A stretch of DNA of 64,000 bases from a candidate division FCPU426 bacterium (GCA_963796105.1 CAWCKJ010000008.1:128001-192000); one strand, 5' to 3'; counted from the stretch's first letter, positions 24,451 through 34,360 are shown. Notes: generated by a model from the letters alone, not told the origin. Numbers and translations: made by a program.

Positions 24451-25373
24451 ACGCACCCAACTTGAAAAAACGACTTTGACGCTCGACGAGAGCCCGCATA
24501 GCAACCTTACTTTGGCGAGAGATCATGGTGTCAGTTTCCCAATGACCGAATTGTTTACGCTGGTTGACAGCCTTGGGTCTCTTGTCGATGGAAATACGGC
24601 CTGGGATATGGTTTTTTGCGTGCTTGCGACTGTGACCGAAGGAGAGACGTCGCCGGTGGTGTCGAACCAGGCAAGGAATCAGATCAGTGGCTTCAGCGTA
24701 AACCCACTGATAGATAGCTTCAGGGCCAATGCTTTGCTTTGGCTGTAGGTGACCTAAACGACCTGAAATGAGTTCCGGGGACCAGCCTCGTTTCAATTGA
24801 CGGCGAACGTAGGCACGATTTCATTTTGTTTTCAGGCGTAAACGGCGAGCCCGTTGTTGATTGCGGGCAACATACCGTTAATGTGCCCGATGAGAAAGAT
24901 AATAACCAGAGCAGATGGGGGGGAGCATTGCGCTTGAGTTCTCGGGAGAGGGTGGAGGGGGACCTCTTCAAGGCCCGGGAAATGGCTCGAAGGCTAAGGC
25001 CCTTTCCTTTCAAGACGGATAAATGATCTCTTTCTTCGATACTTAAATGCTTGTAGTTCTTTTTCATGGCCGCATATCCTATTCATGCGGCCTTCTTCAG
25101 GCACTAAGTGTTGTACTTACTTATGGAACTCGGGATTAATATTTTTCCAAAAGTCTCCAGAGTTTTAGTTTAGTCAAGAATGATCCTGCGGGGATCTGAT
25201 ATTTCGTACTTGAAAAGTTGAAGCTAGAAGAAATGTAATTGTAGGTATGAAAAAATTTACAGATAGAAGCAAATACTTATCTTATTTCCAATTTCGTCAG
25301 AATAAAACAAAGAGTAGAATTTGTATTTTATTAGGAGGATTAGAATTTTAAATGCCTCTCCAAACGGTACCTG

Positions 25374-25401
25374 TTGAAATAAAGGAATACAGGAGTATAC
25401 T
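25374..25401 (+). promoter_or_regulatory. Transposase promoter conserved in both IS1595 types
   Basis: TTGAAA, 16 bp, TATACT; same layout in the type 2 element on its coding strand. Confidence 0.55.
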
Positions 25402-25421
25402 CATTGTTGGAGGGGCAAATT

Positions 25422-26333
25422 ATGAACTACCAACGGATGAAGGGGATTGAGATTTTCAAGGAAATCGATACAGAAGAAAAGGCACGTCAATGGGTGTGGA
25501 AGAGCCGTTTTGCCGGAAAAGACTTTGTTTGCCCACAATGTGAAGGAGAAAGTTTCTGGCAACACAAAAACCGCCCCGAAGTGCGGGAATGTGACTATTG
25601 TCGAAAGCAAATACGGCTTCGAGCCGGAACGATCTTCCGGAAATCCAAGATCCCAATCTTAACCTGGTTGAGGATGATTGGATTGGTGATGCAAGGGAAA
25701 AGGGGCATTTCAGCCCTGGAACTTCAGCGGCAATTGGGAATGCCCTCCTACGATACCGTTTGGAGGATGTTGCATAAGATTCGGGAAAGTCTTCGACAAA
25801 GGGATGAAAATTACCAACTCAAGGAAATCATTGAGTTGGATGGGGCTGTATTCGGCAAGAGAGAAAAGGAAAACCAGGCTGAAGTGCTGGTGGCGGTTGA
25901 AAGCAAAGAATGGATAGATGAGAAAGGGCGCAAAAAAGAGAAAGCGGGTTTTGCAAAGATAAAGGTGACCGCAGAAACCAAGTGGGAAGCCCAAGCATTC
26001 GTCGATCAAGCAATCCAGAAAGGCGCCATGATAAACACGGATGCCAGTCCCAGCTTGAGAAACTTGGAAAACGTGGATGTGGAGTACCAGGTAACAGCCA
26101 ATGACCCAGTGGTGTTAAATCACTGGTTACCTTGGGTCCACCGATTCATTTCCAACGCCAAGGCTTGGATCCTAGGAACCCATCATGGAGTCAACGTGAA
26201 ATATCTGCCTGGATACTTGAGCGAATATACTTATCGGTTCAATCGTCGCCATGACCCAGATTCCTTATTTCACCGGGCCTTAACCGCTTGCGCTTTGGCA
26301 AAACCCATTACTGCGCAAGCGTTGTTCGGATAG
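25422..26333 (+). CDS. IS1595-family transposase
   Basis: CPQC...CDYC Zn ribbon, AGTIF, GISALEL, IELDG, NTD, EYTYRFNRR. Confidence 0.95.
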   Translation: MNYQRMKGIEIFKEIDTEEKARQWVWKSRFAGKDFVCPQCEGESFWQHKNRPEVRECDYCRKQIRLRAGTIFRKSKIPILTWLRMIGLVMQGKRGISALELQRQLGMPSYDTVWRMLHKIRESLRQRDENYQLKEIIELDGAVFGKREKENQAEVLVAVESKEWIDEKGRKKEKAGFAKIKVTAETKWEAQAFVDQAIQKGAMINTDASPSLRNLENVDVEYQVTANDPVVLNHWLPWVHRFISNAKAWILGTHHGVNVKYLPGYLSEYTYRFNRRHDPDSLFHRALTACALAKPITAQALFG

Positions 26334-26437
26334 GCATGGAATTTTACATTTGTATTAAATGAGAGAAACGGTTCGGCTAATTGGATAGAAAAGCTTGAGT
26401 TATAAACGCAGGATATCATTGGCACATTTAAATTGAA

Positions 26438-26692
26438 GGGGTAGTTTCCCGCAGATCAAATAAGGAACTGATCAAGGTATCCAAACGACCAAATTCAAAG
26501 GAGATGCCTGTAAAAAAGTAGAATGTTGAAAGCTAGATCAAAATACCTTTCAACAGTCGTCCAAATTGATGAAGCCAAGCTTAAGGATCACCTGGGGATG
26601 GTCGTGCAAAATACAGTTGAAAATACTCTTAACCAGATGTTGGACGCTGTAGCGGATGTATTTGCGAGGGATAAATTATGAAAGAAGTCAAT
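26438..26692 (+). pseudogene. IS256-family transposase 5' remnant
   Basis: Manual translation from 26556: VVQIDEAKLKDHLGMVVQNTVENTLNQMLDAVAD, then YERSQ out of frame; resembles the IS256 N-terminus. Confidence 0.6.
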
Positions 26693-26716
26693 ATCTGTTA
26701 GAAAACGGAATAAAGA

Positions 26717-26760
26717 AAACCCGTTAAAACCCTTGGGGCGGTCCCGGGGTTTTAGCGAGT
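26717..26760 (-). terminator. Probable intrinsic terminator after the 26784-27248 gene
   Basis: Imperfect stem TAAAACCC...GGGGTTTTA, followed by a T-rich tract on the minus strand. Confidence 0.5.
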
Positions 26761-26783
26761 ATGAATAAAGCGTATTGAGAGAC

Positions 26784-27248
26784 TTAAGACAGAGACGAAT
26801 TAGAAGTTGCTACCTCTTGTTCTTCCTTTTTAAAAATTTGGTTAGAATTTTTGTGAGAGCCTTTTGTTAAGCGATATCCAGCGGCTTCTAACGCTTGTTT
26901 CCAGCTACCGAATTCTCTGCGGGCTGCAGAATAAAGGGCCAAACGATCACGATATGTCGTTAATAAATTTTTGGAATCGGCTGATCTAACCAAATCAAGA
27001 ACTTGGTCTTTTGACCATTTAGTTAATTTTTTTCGGCGGCGAGATTTTCCCGCCTCCAAAATCTGCTCGTAATCAATTCCGGCTGCTTTTATTGCATTTG
27101 CCCAACTTGCAAAATAACGTCTGGAACAAGCGGCGGTAAAAAGGGGAATATAATTCTTGGAAATATTACTGGCGGAAATATCAATGTTTTGTTTTTGCAA
27201 ATCCTTTATAGTCTCAACAATTTTTTCTTTAGACCATTTTTGCTTCAT
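26784..27248 (-). CDS. Small two-repeat putative DNA-binding protein (homing-endonuclease-associated repeat-like)
   Basis: Two copies of KWSK...(R/E)-F-(A/G)-SW..A..AAG; basic; AAGGAG RBS. Confidence 0.7.
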   Translation of the reverse strand: MKQKWSKEKIVETIKDLQKQNIDISASNISKNYIPLFTAACSRRYFASWANAIKAAGIDYEQILEAGKSRRRKKLTKWSKDQVLDLVRSADSKNLLTTYRDRLALYSAARREFGSWKQALEAAGYRLTKGSHKNSNQIFKKEEQEVATSNSSLS

Positions 27249-27312
27249 TTTTCGTTCTCCTTGTAATTTAGATAAATAAAGTGGAAAAATTGAAAAGACT
27301 ATAACCTAAGCA

Positions 27313-27350
27313 ACATTATGATATGTTATGACATGTTATGACATTATGAT
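27313..27350. repeat. TTATGA direct-repeat array upstream of the 26784-27248 gene
   Basis: TTATGA at 27316, 27326, 27336, 27344; flanked by inverted AACCTAA/TTAGGTT. Confidence 0.7.
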
Positions 27351-27386
27351 TTACATTAGGTTGTGATGAATATTATTAAAATATTT

Positions 27387-28372
27387 TATGCTTATGCACA
27401 AAGTGACCGTGCTGTAATGGGTTTTGCTAAGGCACATGCGGTCAAAGCACGGTGAAATAAGGAATCGGGATCATGACGACGGTTGAACCGATAGGCATAT
27501 TCACTTAGATACCGGCCTAAATACTTAGCATCAACGCCATGATGAGTTCCAATGATCCAGGCCTTGGCGTTGGAAATGAACCGGTGTACCCAGGGCAACC
27601 AACTTTCCAACTCTTTCGGGTCATTGGCCATCACCCGGTAGTCTGCCTCCACTCCTTTGAGTTCACGCAAGGCTGGCGAAGCATCTGTGTTGAGGAAAGA
27701 GCCTTTTTCCATAGTCTGATTCACGAATTCCTGGCTCTCCCACTTGGTTTCCATAGCTACCTTCACCTTGGCAAAACCCGCTTTTTCCTTCTTGCAACCA
27801 TTCTCATCCACCCATTCCTTGCTTTCCACCGCCACCAAGACTTCCACTTGGTTTTCCTTGGCCTTTTTCCCAAAAACCGCCCCATCCAACTCAATGACGC
27901 CCTTTAGAGTATAGCTTTCGTCCTTTTGCCTAAGACCTTCCCGGATCTTATGCAATAGAAGCCATGCCGAATGATCCGAAAGATTTAAATGCCGCTTCAG
28001 TTCCAGGGCCGAAATACCCCGTTTGCCCTGCATCATCAAACTGATGGCCCTGACCCAGGTTAAAAGAGGCAGCTTGGAGCTTTCAAAAATCGTCCCGGCG
28101 CGAAGCCGAAGACGTTTCCGGCAATAGTCACATTCCCTCACTTCAGGCTTGGCCTGGTGTTGCCAGAAGCTTTCGCCCTCACATTGGGGACAAACAAAGT
28201 CTTTCCCGCCGAAACGGCATCTCCACACCCATTGGCGGGCTTCTTCTTCCGTGTGGATTTTCCTCAGAATTTTAATGCTTTTCATCCGCTGGTAGCTCAT
28301 GTACCACCTCCCGTAGCGGACAGTATACCTATGTATTCCTTTATTTCAAGGGTCACTTAATACAGAAGCATG
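27387..28372 (-). mobile_element. IS1595-family element type 2, copy A (986 bp)
   Basis: 22-bp imperfect IRs TATGCTTATGCACAAAGTGACC / CATGCTTCTGTATTAAGTGACC; target duplication AAATATTT. Confidence 0.92.
27392..28300 (-). CDS. IS1595-family transposase
   Basis: Same motifs as the type 1 transposase; clearly homologous but diverged. Confidence 0.95.
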   Translation of the reverse strand: MSYQRMKSIKILRKIHTEEEARQWVWRCRFGGKDFVCPQCEGESFWQHQAKPEVRECDYCRKRLRLRAGTIFESSKLPLLTWVRAISLMMQGKRGISALELKRHLNLSDHSAWLLLHKIREGLRQKDESYTLKGVIELDGAVFGKKAKENQVEVLVAVESKEWVDENGCKKEKAGFAKVKVAMETKWESQEFVNQTMEKGSFLNTDASPALRELKGVEADYRVMANDPKELESWLPWVHRFISNAKAWIIGTHHGVDAKYLGRYLSEYAYRFNRRHDPDSLFHRALTACALAKPITARSLCA

Positions 28373-28800
28373 AAATATTTTAATGGGACATTTAGGAGCC
28401 AGAAAACAATAAATCGTGTAATTTAAACAAGTTTATATATTGTCAAGTATTTAATGGCTAGAAAGCCTTATAAAAGACGCATGAGTTACTTTGGGACAAC
28501 TTGCAAGAATTTGATCAGCCCCTAAATACTTTCAAATAATAGTACTAAGAATTTTTGTCAATCATTATTCCGAATATCCAAATTTCGTTAAAGGAATGAT
28601 CGTATTTAAGTTAGATAATTTCCGGTTTCTAAAGAAAATGCGTGTTCTTTGGACATAAAAGAAATTACTAGTTAAATAAACATGAATTATTCACCAATGG
28701 GGTAATAAGCTAACTTATCTCCAATCATTAGATTCAATGACTACTATTCAAATTTAGATTGTTTAAATCAATTTACCTATTCACAAGGCAGGTATTTTAA

Positions 28801-29511
28801 GTGAATAAAATAAAATTAAGCATTCAACTAATTATTTTCTTTTCACTTTCTTTGGTTCTGTACTTTCTTTTTTTATCGATTGGATCATTTAATCAAGTTG
28901 ATCACGTTTTCCCATTTGCGTTTGGAAGTTTAGATCAAAATAAAACCAACGGATTTTTAAATATTATTTTCGCATCCACGTTCATTATCGCATTTTTGGG
29001 TTCGATCCTAATAGCGTGGATTCCCAGATTGAACCCGGGTATTGCCTCCAATCTATTGGCGATGACTTTTTTTTATCTTTGGTTATTAGGGACGTTAAGC
29101 GCAAAAAACCATAACCATTTCAGTATTTATTACTTATCAATTATTTTGGGGCTGATATTTTTATATCTATTTTTTTATATTATTGACGCTTGCCTCCCCG
29201 AAGAAACAAATCGGAATTCAACTCCAGAATGGATCCATAAAATTGTCATCGGCTGGCTCTGGTGTTGGATGGGATTTTATTTCATCCTTTCTGCTATTTT
29301 GGCTTTAGAATCATTTGGATATTCACACGATAGACTTTATTATTCTTTTGGCTCGTTGGCGCTTTGTTTTTCTTATTTTCTTGTTTATTTGCATTTGAAA
29401 AATACGAAACAAAAAAGCTTCACGATATTTTCTTTCGCGGGAAGAATGGTTTTCATTTTTTGGTTATTTTTATTATTTGTTTTATGGGTGGCCCAAAAGA
29501 TTCTGATTTGA
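28801..29511 (+). CDS. Hypothetical multi-pass membrane protein
   Basis: 236 aa with about 7 hydrophobic segments. Confidence 0.7.
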   Translation: MNKIKLSIQLIIFFSLSLVLYFLFLSIGSFNQVDHVFPFAFGSLDQNKTNGFLNIIFASTFIIAFLGSILIAWIPRLNPGIASNLLAMTFFYLWLLGTLSAKNHNHFSIYYLSIILGLIFLYLFFYIIDACLPEETNRNSTPEWIHKIVIGWLWCWMGFYFILSAILALESFGYSHDRLYYSFGSLALCFSYFLVYLHLKNTKQKSFTIFSFAGRMVFIFWLFLLFVLWVAQKILI

Positions 29512-29761
29512 CGAATAAAAATATTGAAACCTCTGAAAAACTAAAATAAAGTTTCGAACAGAGGTTTCGACCCCTTAGATTTCCGCAGGCTTTGGTTTTG
29601 GGGGTACATAGAGGATTTTCCCTAAGATCGCCGTCAAATCGGGAGTTAAGATCAATGATTGCTGAAAAAACCGACAATATGCGACTTTTTCAGCACTTAC
29701 ATATTTTATAAACCATTCCATTCAACCCCAAGCTTTAAAGACTGGTATGATCAATGTATTA

Positions 29762-31405
29762 CCTGAATTTTGCGCCTAATAAAAAAACCATCTAGGAAAC
29801 CATTATAGGATAAGGGTTGCGAAGCCAACTCATCCTAAAAGAGGGTCCCCCAGATGGTGAAACGTCAAGATACGCCTCAGAAATCAAACCCGCAAGTCCA
29901 GAAAAAAGCCAATCGAAACGGGAGAATCGCGCCCAAGATTACGGCCAATACTCCCGTAGGTATTTGCGAAGACCGCCTAACAGCTTTTGGCGGATTGTTG
30001 GCATTGGCGAAGATGTTCGACCTTCTTGATTTTGAGCGGGAATTCAAAAAACACTATGCCGCACCTAAACGCCTTCCGAATTTGGGCCACTACCGGATGG
30101 TAAGCGGCATCCTAATGCTTCTTTTCATCGGGTTTCAAAGGCTTGGCCATTTTGCCTACCTGAGGGGTGAGGTCATGCTGTGCGGTTTACTGCGGGTTCC
30201 CTTGTTGCCGGTAGTGACAACTTTTTGGAGATACCTGAGGTCGCTGGGGATCGGGCAGTCGGCATCGTTGCTGAATCTGAGTGGGGCGTTACGGGCCAAG
30301 GTTTGGGGACAGGTGAAATATGCCCCCAAGAAGGTGGAGATCAACATCGATACCACCACCGCAACGGTCTACGGAAATATCGAGGGAAGCCGAAAAGGAT
30401 ACAACCCCAAGCACCGGGGCAAGAAGGGACTGAGGCCCATTCTGTGTTTTCTCCAGGAAACCCGGGAATATTTGTGCGGAACCCAAAGACGCGGAACCAC
30501 CCTTAGTTCTGAGGAAGTGGCCCGCCAAATTAGACAATTCCGGCGACTCTTGCCGTCCTGTGTCCGGACGATTCTGGTGCGCGGTGACGGTGAAATGATC
30601 GGCTGGGAAAGCGTGAAAGCCTGTGAAAAAGAAGGGTTTTCTTTCATCTTCGGGAACAAGCGGCATGACCCGCCTTTCACGAAAAAGGGTTGGTACCGCC
30701 ATGGAGAACACGAATACAACGAATGTGTCCATCAACCCATAGGCTGGCAACAACCAGTCCGGTTTGTGGCGATGAGGACGCTGGATGAAAAAGCGCGGGA
30801 GAAACAATTGAGCCTTCCTGAAATGGAAGGATATGTCTACCGAATCTTCGCGACCAACTGTCTGGGAGCACCCCATCGGGTGGTTGAGGAATACGACCTG
30901 CGCGCGGATGTGGAAAACCTGATTGGTGAGGCGCAACGGGAGGGGTTATTAGCAATTCCCTCTAAGAGTTTCCAAAGCCACCATGCTTTTTTCCAGATCG
31001 TGATGCTGGCTTACAACCTCTGGAGGTGGATGAAACTAATGGTGGGCCATTGTGGAAAAGAAAAGCGACCGGGAAAGAAGCCACAGGAGAAGGAACAGAT
31101 CACCATGCCGGACCATACCCTTCGGATCGCACGTTTGAAGATGCTCTTTGTAGCCGCCCGAATCCAGTATCACGGCCATCGGGATGTGGTGAGGTATTCA
31201 ATCCATGATGATAGGACAGCGGGCCTATTGGGTTTCCTCAAATACCTTGATCGAAAACGATTGGAAAGACCCAGGGCGGCCTAGAAGTGGCTTGGTGCAA
31301 AAAATTCTTTGCACATAAGTTCACTTCTGATGAAAATGGCCACTGTCGGGTCCCGATTCAGGCCGATCTGGCCACGGAATCGGTAAACTCGGTGCAAAAT
31401 TCAGG
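29762..31405 (+). mobile_element. IS1380-family element (1,644 bp)
   Basis: IRs CCTGAATTTTGCGCC / GGTGCAAAATTCAGG; 5-bp target duplication TATTA. Confidence 0.92.
29854..31284 (+). CDS. IS1380-family transposase
   Basis: INIDTTTATVYG, GYNPKHRG, VRGDG, YDLRADVENLIGE, LAYNL. Confidence 0.9.
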   Translation: MVKRQDTPQKSNPQVQKKANRNGRIAPKITANTPVGICEDRLTAFGGLLALAKMFDLLDFEREFKKHYAAPKRLPNLGHYRMVSGILMLLFIGFQRLGHFAYLRGEVMLCGLLRVPLLPVVTTFWRYLRSLGIGQSASLLNLSGALRAKVWGQVKYAPKKVEINIDTTTATVYGNIEGSRKGYNPKHRGKKGLRPILCFLQETREYLCGTQRRGTTLSSEEVARQIRQFRRLLPSCVRTILVRGDGEMIGWESVKACEKEGFSFIFGNKRHDPPFTKKGWYRHGEHEYNECVHQPIGWQQPVRFVAMRTLDEKAREKQLSLPEMEGYVYRIFATNCLGAPHRVVEEYDLRADVENLIGEAQREGLLAIPSKSFQSHHAFFQIVMLAYNLWRWMKLMVGHCGKEKRPGKKPQEKEQITMPDHTLRIARLKMLFVAARIQYHGHRDVVRYSIHDDRTAGLLGFLKYLDRKRLERPRAA

Positions 31406-31530
31406 TATTAATAAACCAACATGATCAGAAGCTTCAAGGGTTTGAACCCCTACTTTTCACTCAAGGATTGACTTGATTTTAACCGAACTGCAAACTAATG
31501 GCGATATATGAACGGGAAGGACGTTGATTT

Positions 31531-32232
31531 ATGAGTTGGGCCTCAGTTTTAATTCTGCCCGTTTTACTTACAGCGTTGGGAAAGGGCTGGAAATACATTC
31601 TAGAGACGTCAGAAGATTTGAACTTAATTCGGGTTTTGGAACCATGGTATTGGTTTTTATTCTTAAATCTCGTTTTGAGCTTGATCACTTCTTATTATGA
31701 TTATCAATTTATTTATGTCGGCTTTTTATTTCAAGTTGCCCTATGCGCCTGGTTCTCGATTTCCATGTCCTGGATCGTAAAAATTTGTCCCCATAAAAAG
31801 GCAATCCAATATCACAGTTGGTTTCAAAAGGGGAGACAAGCAAGGTTTTGCTATCGATGTGGAACTCGCCTGCCGAAAGATCATCATGGGGTGGTTATGA
31901 ATGTAATGTCATGGGAAATTTATATTTTCCAAATCCCTCCTCATCTTTTTAAATATGTCATATTTTGGATCATTCAATCCGTGATGGGATTAATCTCTTT
32001 ATTCCTTATTTTAAGGCTTGCCAAAAGGCCCGAGACGCAAATATCCATCAGCCTAATTTCTATCCTGATAGTCATATTTGGACCACCCATCATTTATTAT
32101 TTCGGGCGTTTTAGGAAATATTTCTCGGAAAATAAGGGGCTTATCTGGTGGGATGATTTCAAAAATTCGTTTATATTTTGGGGAGTCTTTTCAGCATTCC
32201 TCTGGGTTTTATGGAAGTGCTTTAAAACGTAA
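31531..32232 (+). CDS. Hypothetical membrane protein with possible Zn-ribbon
   Basis: Hydrophobic segments flanking ICPH...FCYRCG. Confidence 0.65.
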   Translation: MSWASVLILPVLLTALGKGWKYILETSEDLNLIRVLEPWYWFLFLNLVLSLITSYYDYQFIYVGFLFQVALCAWFSISMSWIVKICPHKKAIQYHSWFQKGRQARFCYRCGTRLPKDHHGVVMNVMSWEIYIFQIPPHLFKYVIFWIIQSVMGLISLFLILRLAKRPETQISISLISILIVIFGPPIIYYFGRFRKYFSENKGLIWWDDFKNSFIFWGVFSAFLWVLWKCFKT

Positions 32233-32254
32233 ATATTTATATGGTTCAATCCTC

Positions 32255-32283
32255 TTGACTTGAAAAAGTAGGTAAGATATATT
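32255..32283 (+). promoter_or_regulatory. sigma70 promoter of ilv-leu operon
   Basis: TTGACT, 17 bp, TATATT. Confidence 0.65.
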
Positions 32284-32317
32284 TCAATTCATTCTTTAGA
32301 TGGTTTTAGGAGAAAAA

Positions 32318-32395
32318 ATGTCCTTCGGAACTGCAAAAAATTCAGTCCATTTAATACTGGTATCTGTATTGCGTCCGAAGGCGGAACGCTCCTAA
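32318..32395 (+). CDS. ilv/leu attenuator leader peptide (25 aa, not in ORF track)
   Basis: MSFGTAKNSVHLILVSVLRPKAERS after AGGAG; Val/Leu/Ile cluster; terminator follows. Confidence 0.8.
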   Translation: MSFGTAKNSVHLILVSVLRPKAERS

Positions 32396-32408
32396 AGATA
32401 GTTTTTAG

Positions 32409-32451
32409 GCCGCGGAGTCCCGCCAAATGGGGCTGCTGCGGCTTTTTTTTT
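32409..32451 (+). terminator. Attenuator terminator upstream of ilvB
   Basis: GCCGCGGAGTCCC-loop-GGGGCTGCTGCGGC followed by 9 T. Confidence 0.85.
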
Positions 32452-32584
32452 ATGCAGTCCCTCCTGGAAGGCTCTCCAAATCAAGTAAAAAGCCTTTTTT
32501 GCTGTATTAGATTCAAAACTATTGGGTTTATTGTAAAATCTAACCCTTTCACCTCTGATGGGGAAAGGCATTAAGGAGATAAAA

Positions 32585-34360
32585 ATGCCAAGACACAAGA
32601 AAAAACTTAAAACCGGGGCGCAAATGGTGATTGACCTATTGGTGGATGAGGGAGTCGAGATCCTTTGGGGTCTGACCGGTGGAGCCGCCCTGCCTTTATT
32701 TGACGCTCTTTACCAAAACAAAGACAGGATACAAACTGTGGATACCCGCCATGAACAAGGGGCTATCCATATGGCTGAGGGTTACGCGAAATCAACTGGT
32801 AAAGTGGGTGTCTGTATCGCCACTTCGGGCCCGGGCGCAACTAATCTTGTGACTGGCTTAGCGGATGCATATATGGATTCAGTGCCCTTGGTTGCCATTA
32901 CTGGGCAAGTTCATTCCAGCATGATCGGGACAGACGCATTCCAGGAAGCGGATGTGGTCGGGATCACGCGCTCCTGCACCAAACACAATTACCTTGTGAA
33001 AAATATCCAGGAATTGCCCCAAATCTTGCGTGATGCTTTTTTTATAGCGAGGACCGGCAGGCCGGGACCGGTGTTAGTGGACATACCGAAAGATATCGCC
33101 GCCGCGTCAGCTGAAATTCCCTATCCCAAGCATCCCACGATTCCCTTATCCAAATTCGTTCCCCATTTCGAGCAGGGACAAATCGATAAAATGGCTGAAT
33201 TGTTCCGCCACGCGAAAAGACCCTTGATTTACGCGGGAGGAGGAGTCATCAACGCGAACGCCTCAGAGGCCTTATATAAATTTGCACGAAAAACCAATAT
33301 TCCCGTGACTTTAACCCTTATGGGCCTGGGCGCCTATCCTGCGGGGGACCGCCAATTCGTGGATATGCTTGGAATGCACGGCTCTTATAGGGCCAACATG
33401 GCATTGACCCATTGCGATCTCTTGATTGCCGTCGGCAGCCGTTTTGACGACAGGGTGACAGGAAAAATCTCGGAGTTTTCGCCGAACTCCAAGAAGATCC
33501 ATATCGATGTCGACCCGACTTCCATAGGTAAAAACGTGAAAGTGGATGTCCACGCCCTTGGAGACATGGGCCTCATCCTATCCTCACTGAGTAAATTGGT
33601 GGGTACCCAAGATTATGATGAGTGGTACAGCCAGTTAGACCAATGGAATAAGAAGCATCCCTTGGCTTATACGCAAAATCCCAATGGGCCCATTTTGCCC
33701 CAATTCGCTGTGGATCAAATTTTCAGGATTACCAAAGGCGACGCCATTATCACGACGGAGGTCGGCCAACACCAGATGTGGGCCGCTCAATTTTATAAAT
33801 TCAACAAACCTCGCCGTTGGATCACTTCGGGAGGGCTTGGAACGATGGGTTTCGGGTTTCCTGCCGCCATCGGGGCGTCCTTCGCTTTTCCAGATTCAAC
33901 CGTGGTGGATATCGCGGGGGATGGAAGCTTCCAGATGACCCTTCAGGAATTAGCAGTCGTGAAACAGCACAACCTGAATGTCAAAGTCATCATTCTCAAC
34001 AATAAATTTCTAGGAATGGTGAAGCAATGGCAGGACCTCTTTTTTGACAAGCGTTACGCGTCCACCTCCATCCCCGCTCAGCCGGATTTCGTGAAATTGG
34101 CGGAAGCCTATGGAATCAAAGGGTACCGGGCCGAGAAGCCCAAGGATGCTACCCAAGTTCTGCAGGATGTCTTCCGCTCCAAGGAACCTTGCATCGTGGA
34201 CTTGGTGGTGGATCCGGAGGAGCATGTTTATCCCATGGTTCCGGCCGGCGGAGCGGTCAAGGATATGGTCCTTTCCAGGGTCGATGAAAAGCAAAGAATG
34301 GAAATTGAAAATAAAGGCAAGTCTATTGAACGAATTCAAGGCAAGGGGGGGCGGAAATGA
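32585..34360 (+). CDS. ilvB: Acetolactate synthase large subunit
   Basis: RHEQGA, TSGPGATN, GGLGTMGFG, GDGSFQM; start at ATG after TAAGGAG. Confidence 0.96.
   Translation: MPRHKKKLKTGAQMVIDLLVDEGVEILWGLTGGAALPLFDALYQNKDRIQTVDTRHEQGAIHMAEGYAKSTGKVGVCIATSGPGATNLVTGLADAYMDSVPLVAITGQVHSSMIGTDAFQEADVVGITRSCTKHNYLVKNIQELPQILRDAFFIARTGRPGPVLVDIPKDIAAASAEIPYPKHPTIPLSKFVPHFEQGQIDKMAELFRHAKRPLIYAGGGVINANASEALYKFARKTNIPVTLTLMGLGAYPAGDRQFVDMLGMHGSYRANMALTHCDLLIAVGSRFDDRVTGKISEFSPNSKKIHIDVDPTSIGKNVKVDVHALGDMGLILSSLSKLVGTQDYDEWYSQLDQWNKKHPLAYTQNPNGPILPQFAVDQIFRITKGDAIITTEVGQHQMWAAQFYKFNKPRRWITSGGLGTMGFGFPAAIGASFAFPDSTVVDIAGDGSFQMTLQELAVVKQHNLNVKVIILNNKFLGMVKQWQDLFFDKRYASTSIPAQPDFVKLAEAYGIKGYRAEKPKDATQVLQDVFRSKEPCIVDLVVDPEEHVYPMVPAGGAVKDMVLSRVDEKQRMEIENKGKSIERIQGKGGRK

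Larger units (their letters stand above)
21718..24455 (-). mobile_element. IS21-family element (2,738 bp)
   Basis: Ends TGCGTA...TACGCA, 6-bp target duplication CCCAAC (21712-21717, 24456-24461), istA/istB pair. Confidence 0.93.
21342..25067 (-). pseudogene. IS30-family transposase pseudogene
   Basis: N-terminal YKHLSIEER...RSPSTLSRELKRN, then frameshift in G run ~24917-24923 and two in-frame stops; WSPELIS and GHWETDT; after the IS21, TYDNG, SWEKGTVEN, LNNRPRKCLGFKTP. Confidence 0.88.
21335..25134 (-). mobile_element. Decayed IS30-family element (~1.06 kb) interrupted by IS21
   Basis: Imperfect terminal IRs sharing AGTAAGT(C/A)CAACACTT; possible ATT target repeat; transposase motifs in three pieces. 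Confidence 0.8.
25351..26338 (+). mobile_element. IS1595-family element type 1, copy A (988 bp)
   Basis: IRs ATGCCTCTCCAAAC / ATGCCTATCCGAAC; 8-bp target duplication GAATTTTA. Confidence 0.92.

Noticed and set aside
25351..28372. Composite transposon formed by two inverted IS1595 elements around the two-repeat gene
   Set aside because: Each element has its own target duplication (GAATTTTA vs AAATATTT) and they are different types, so these are independent insertions
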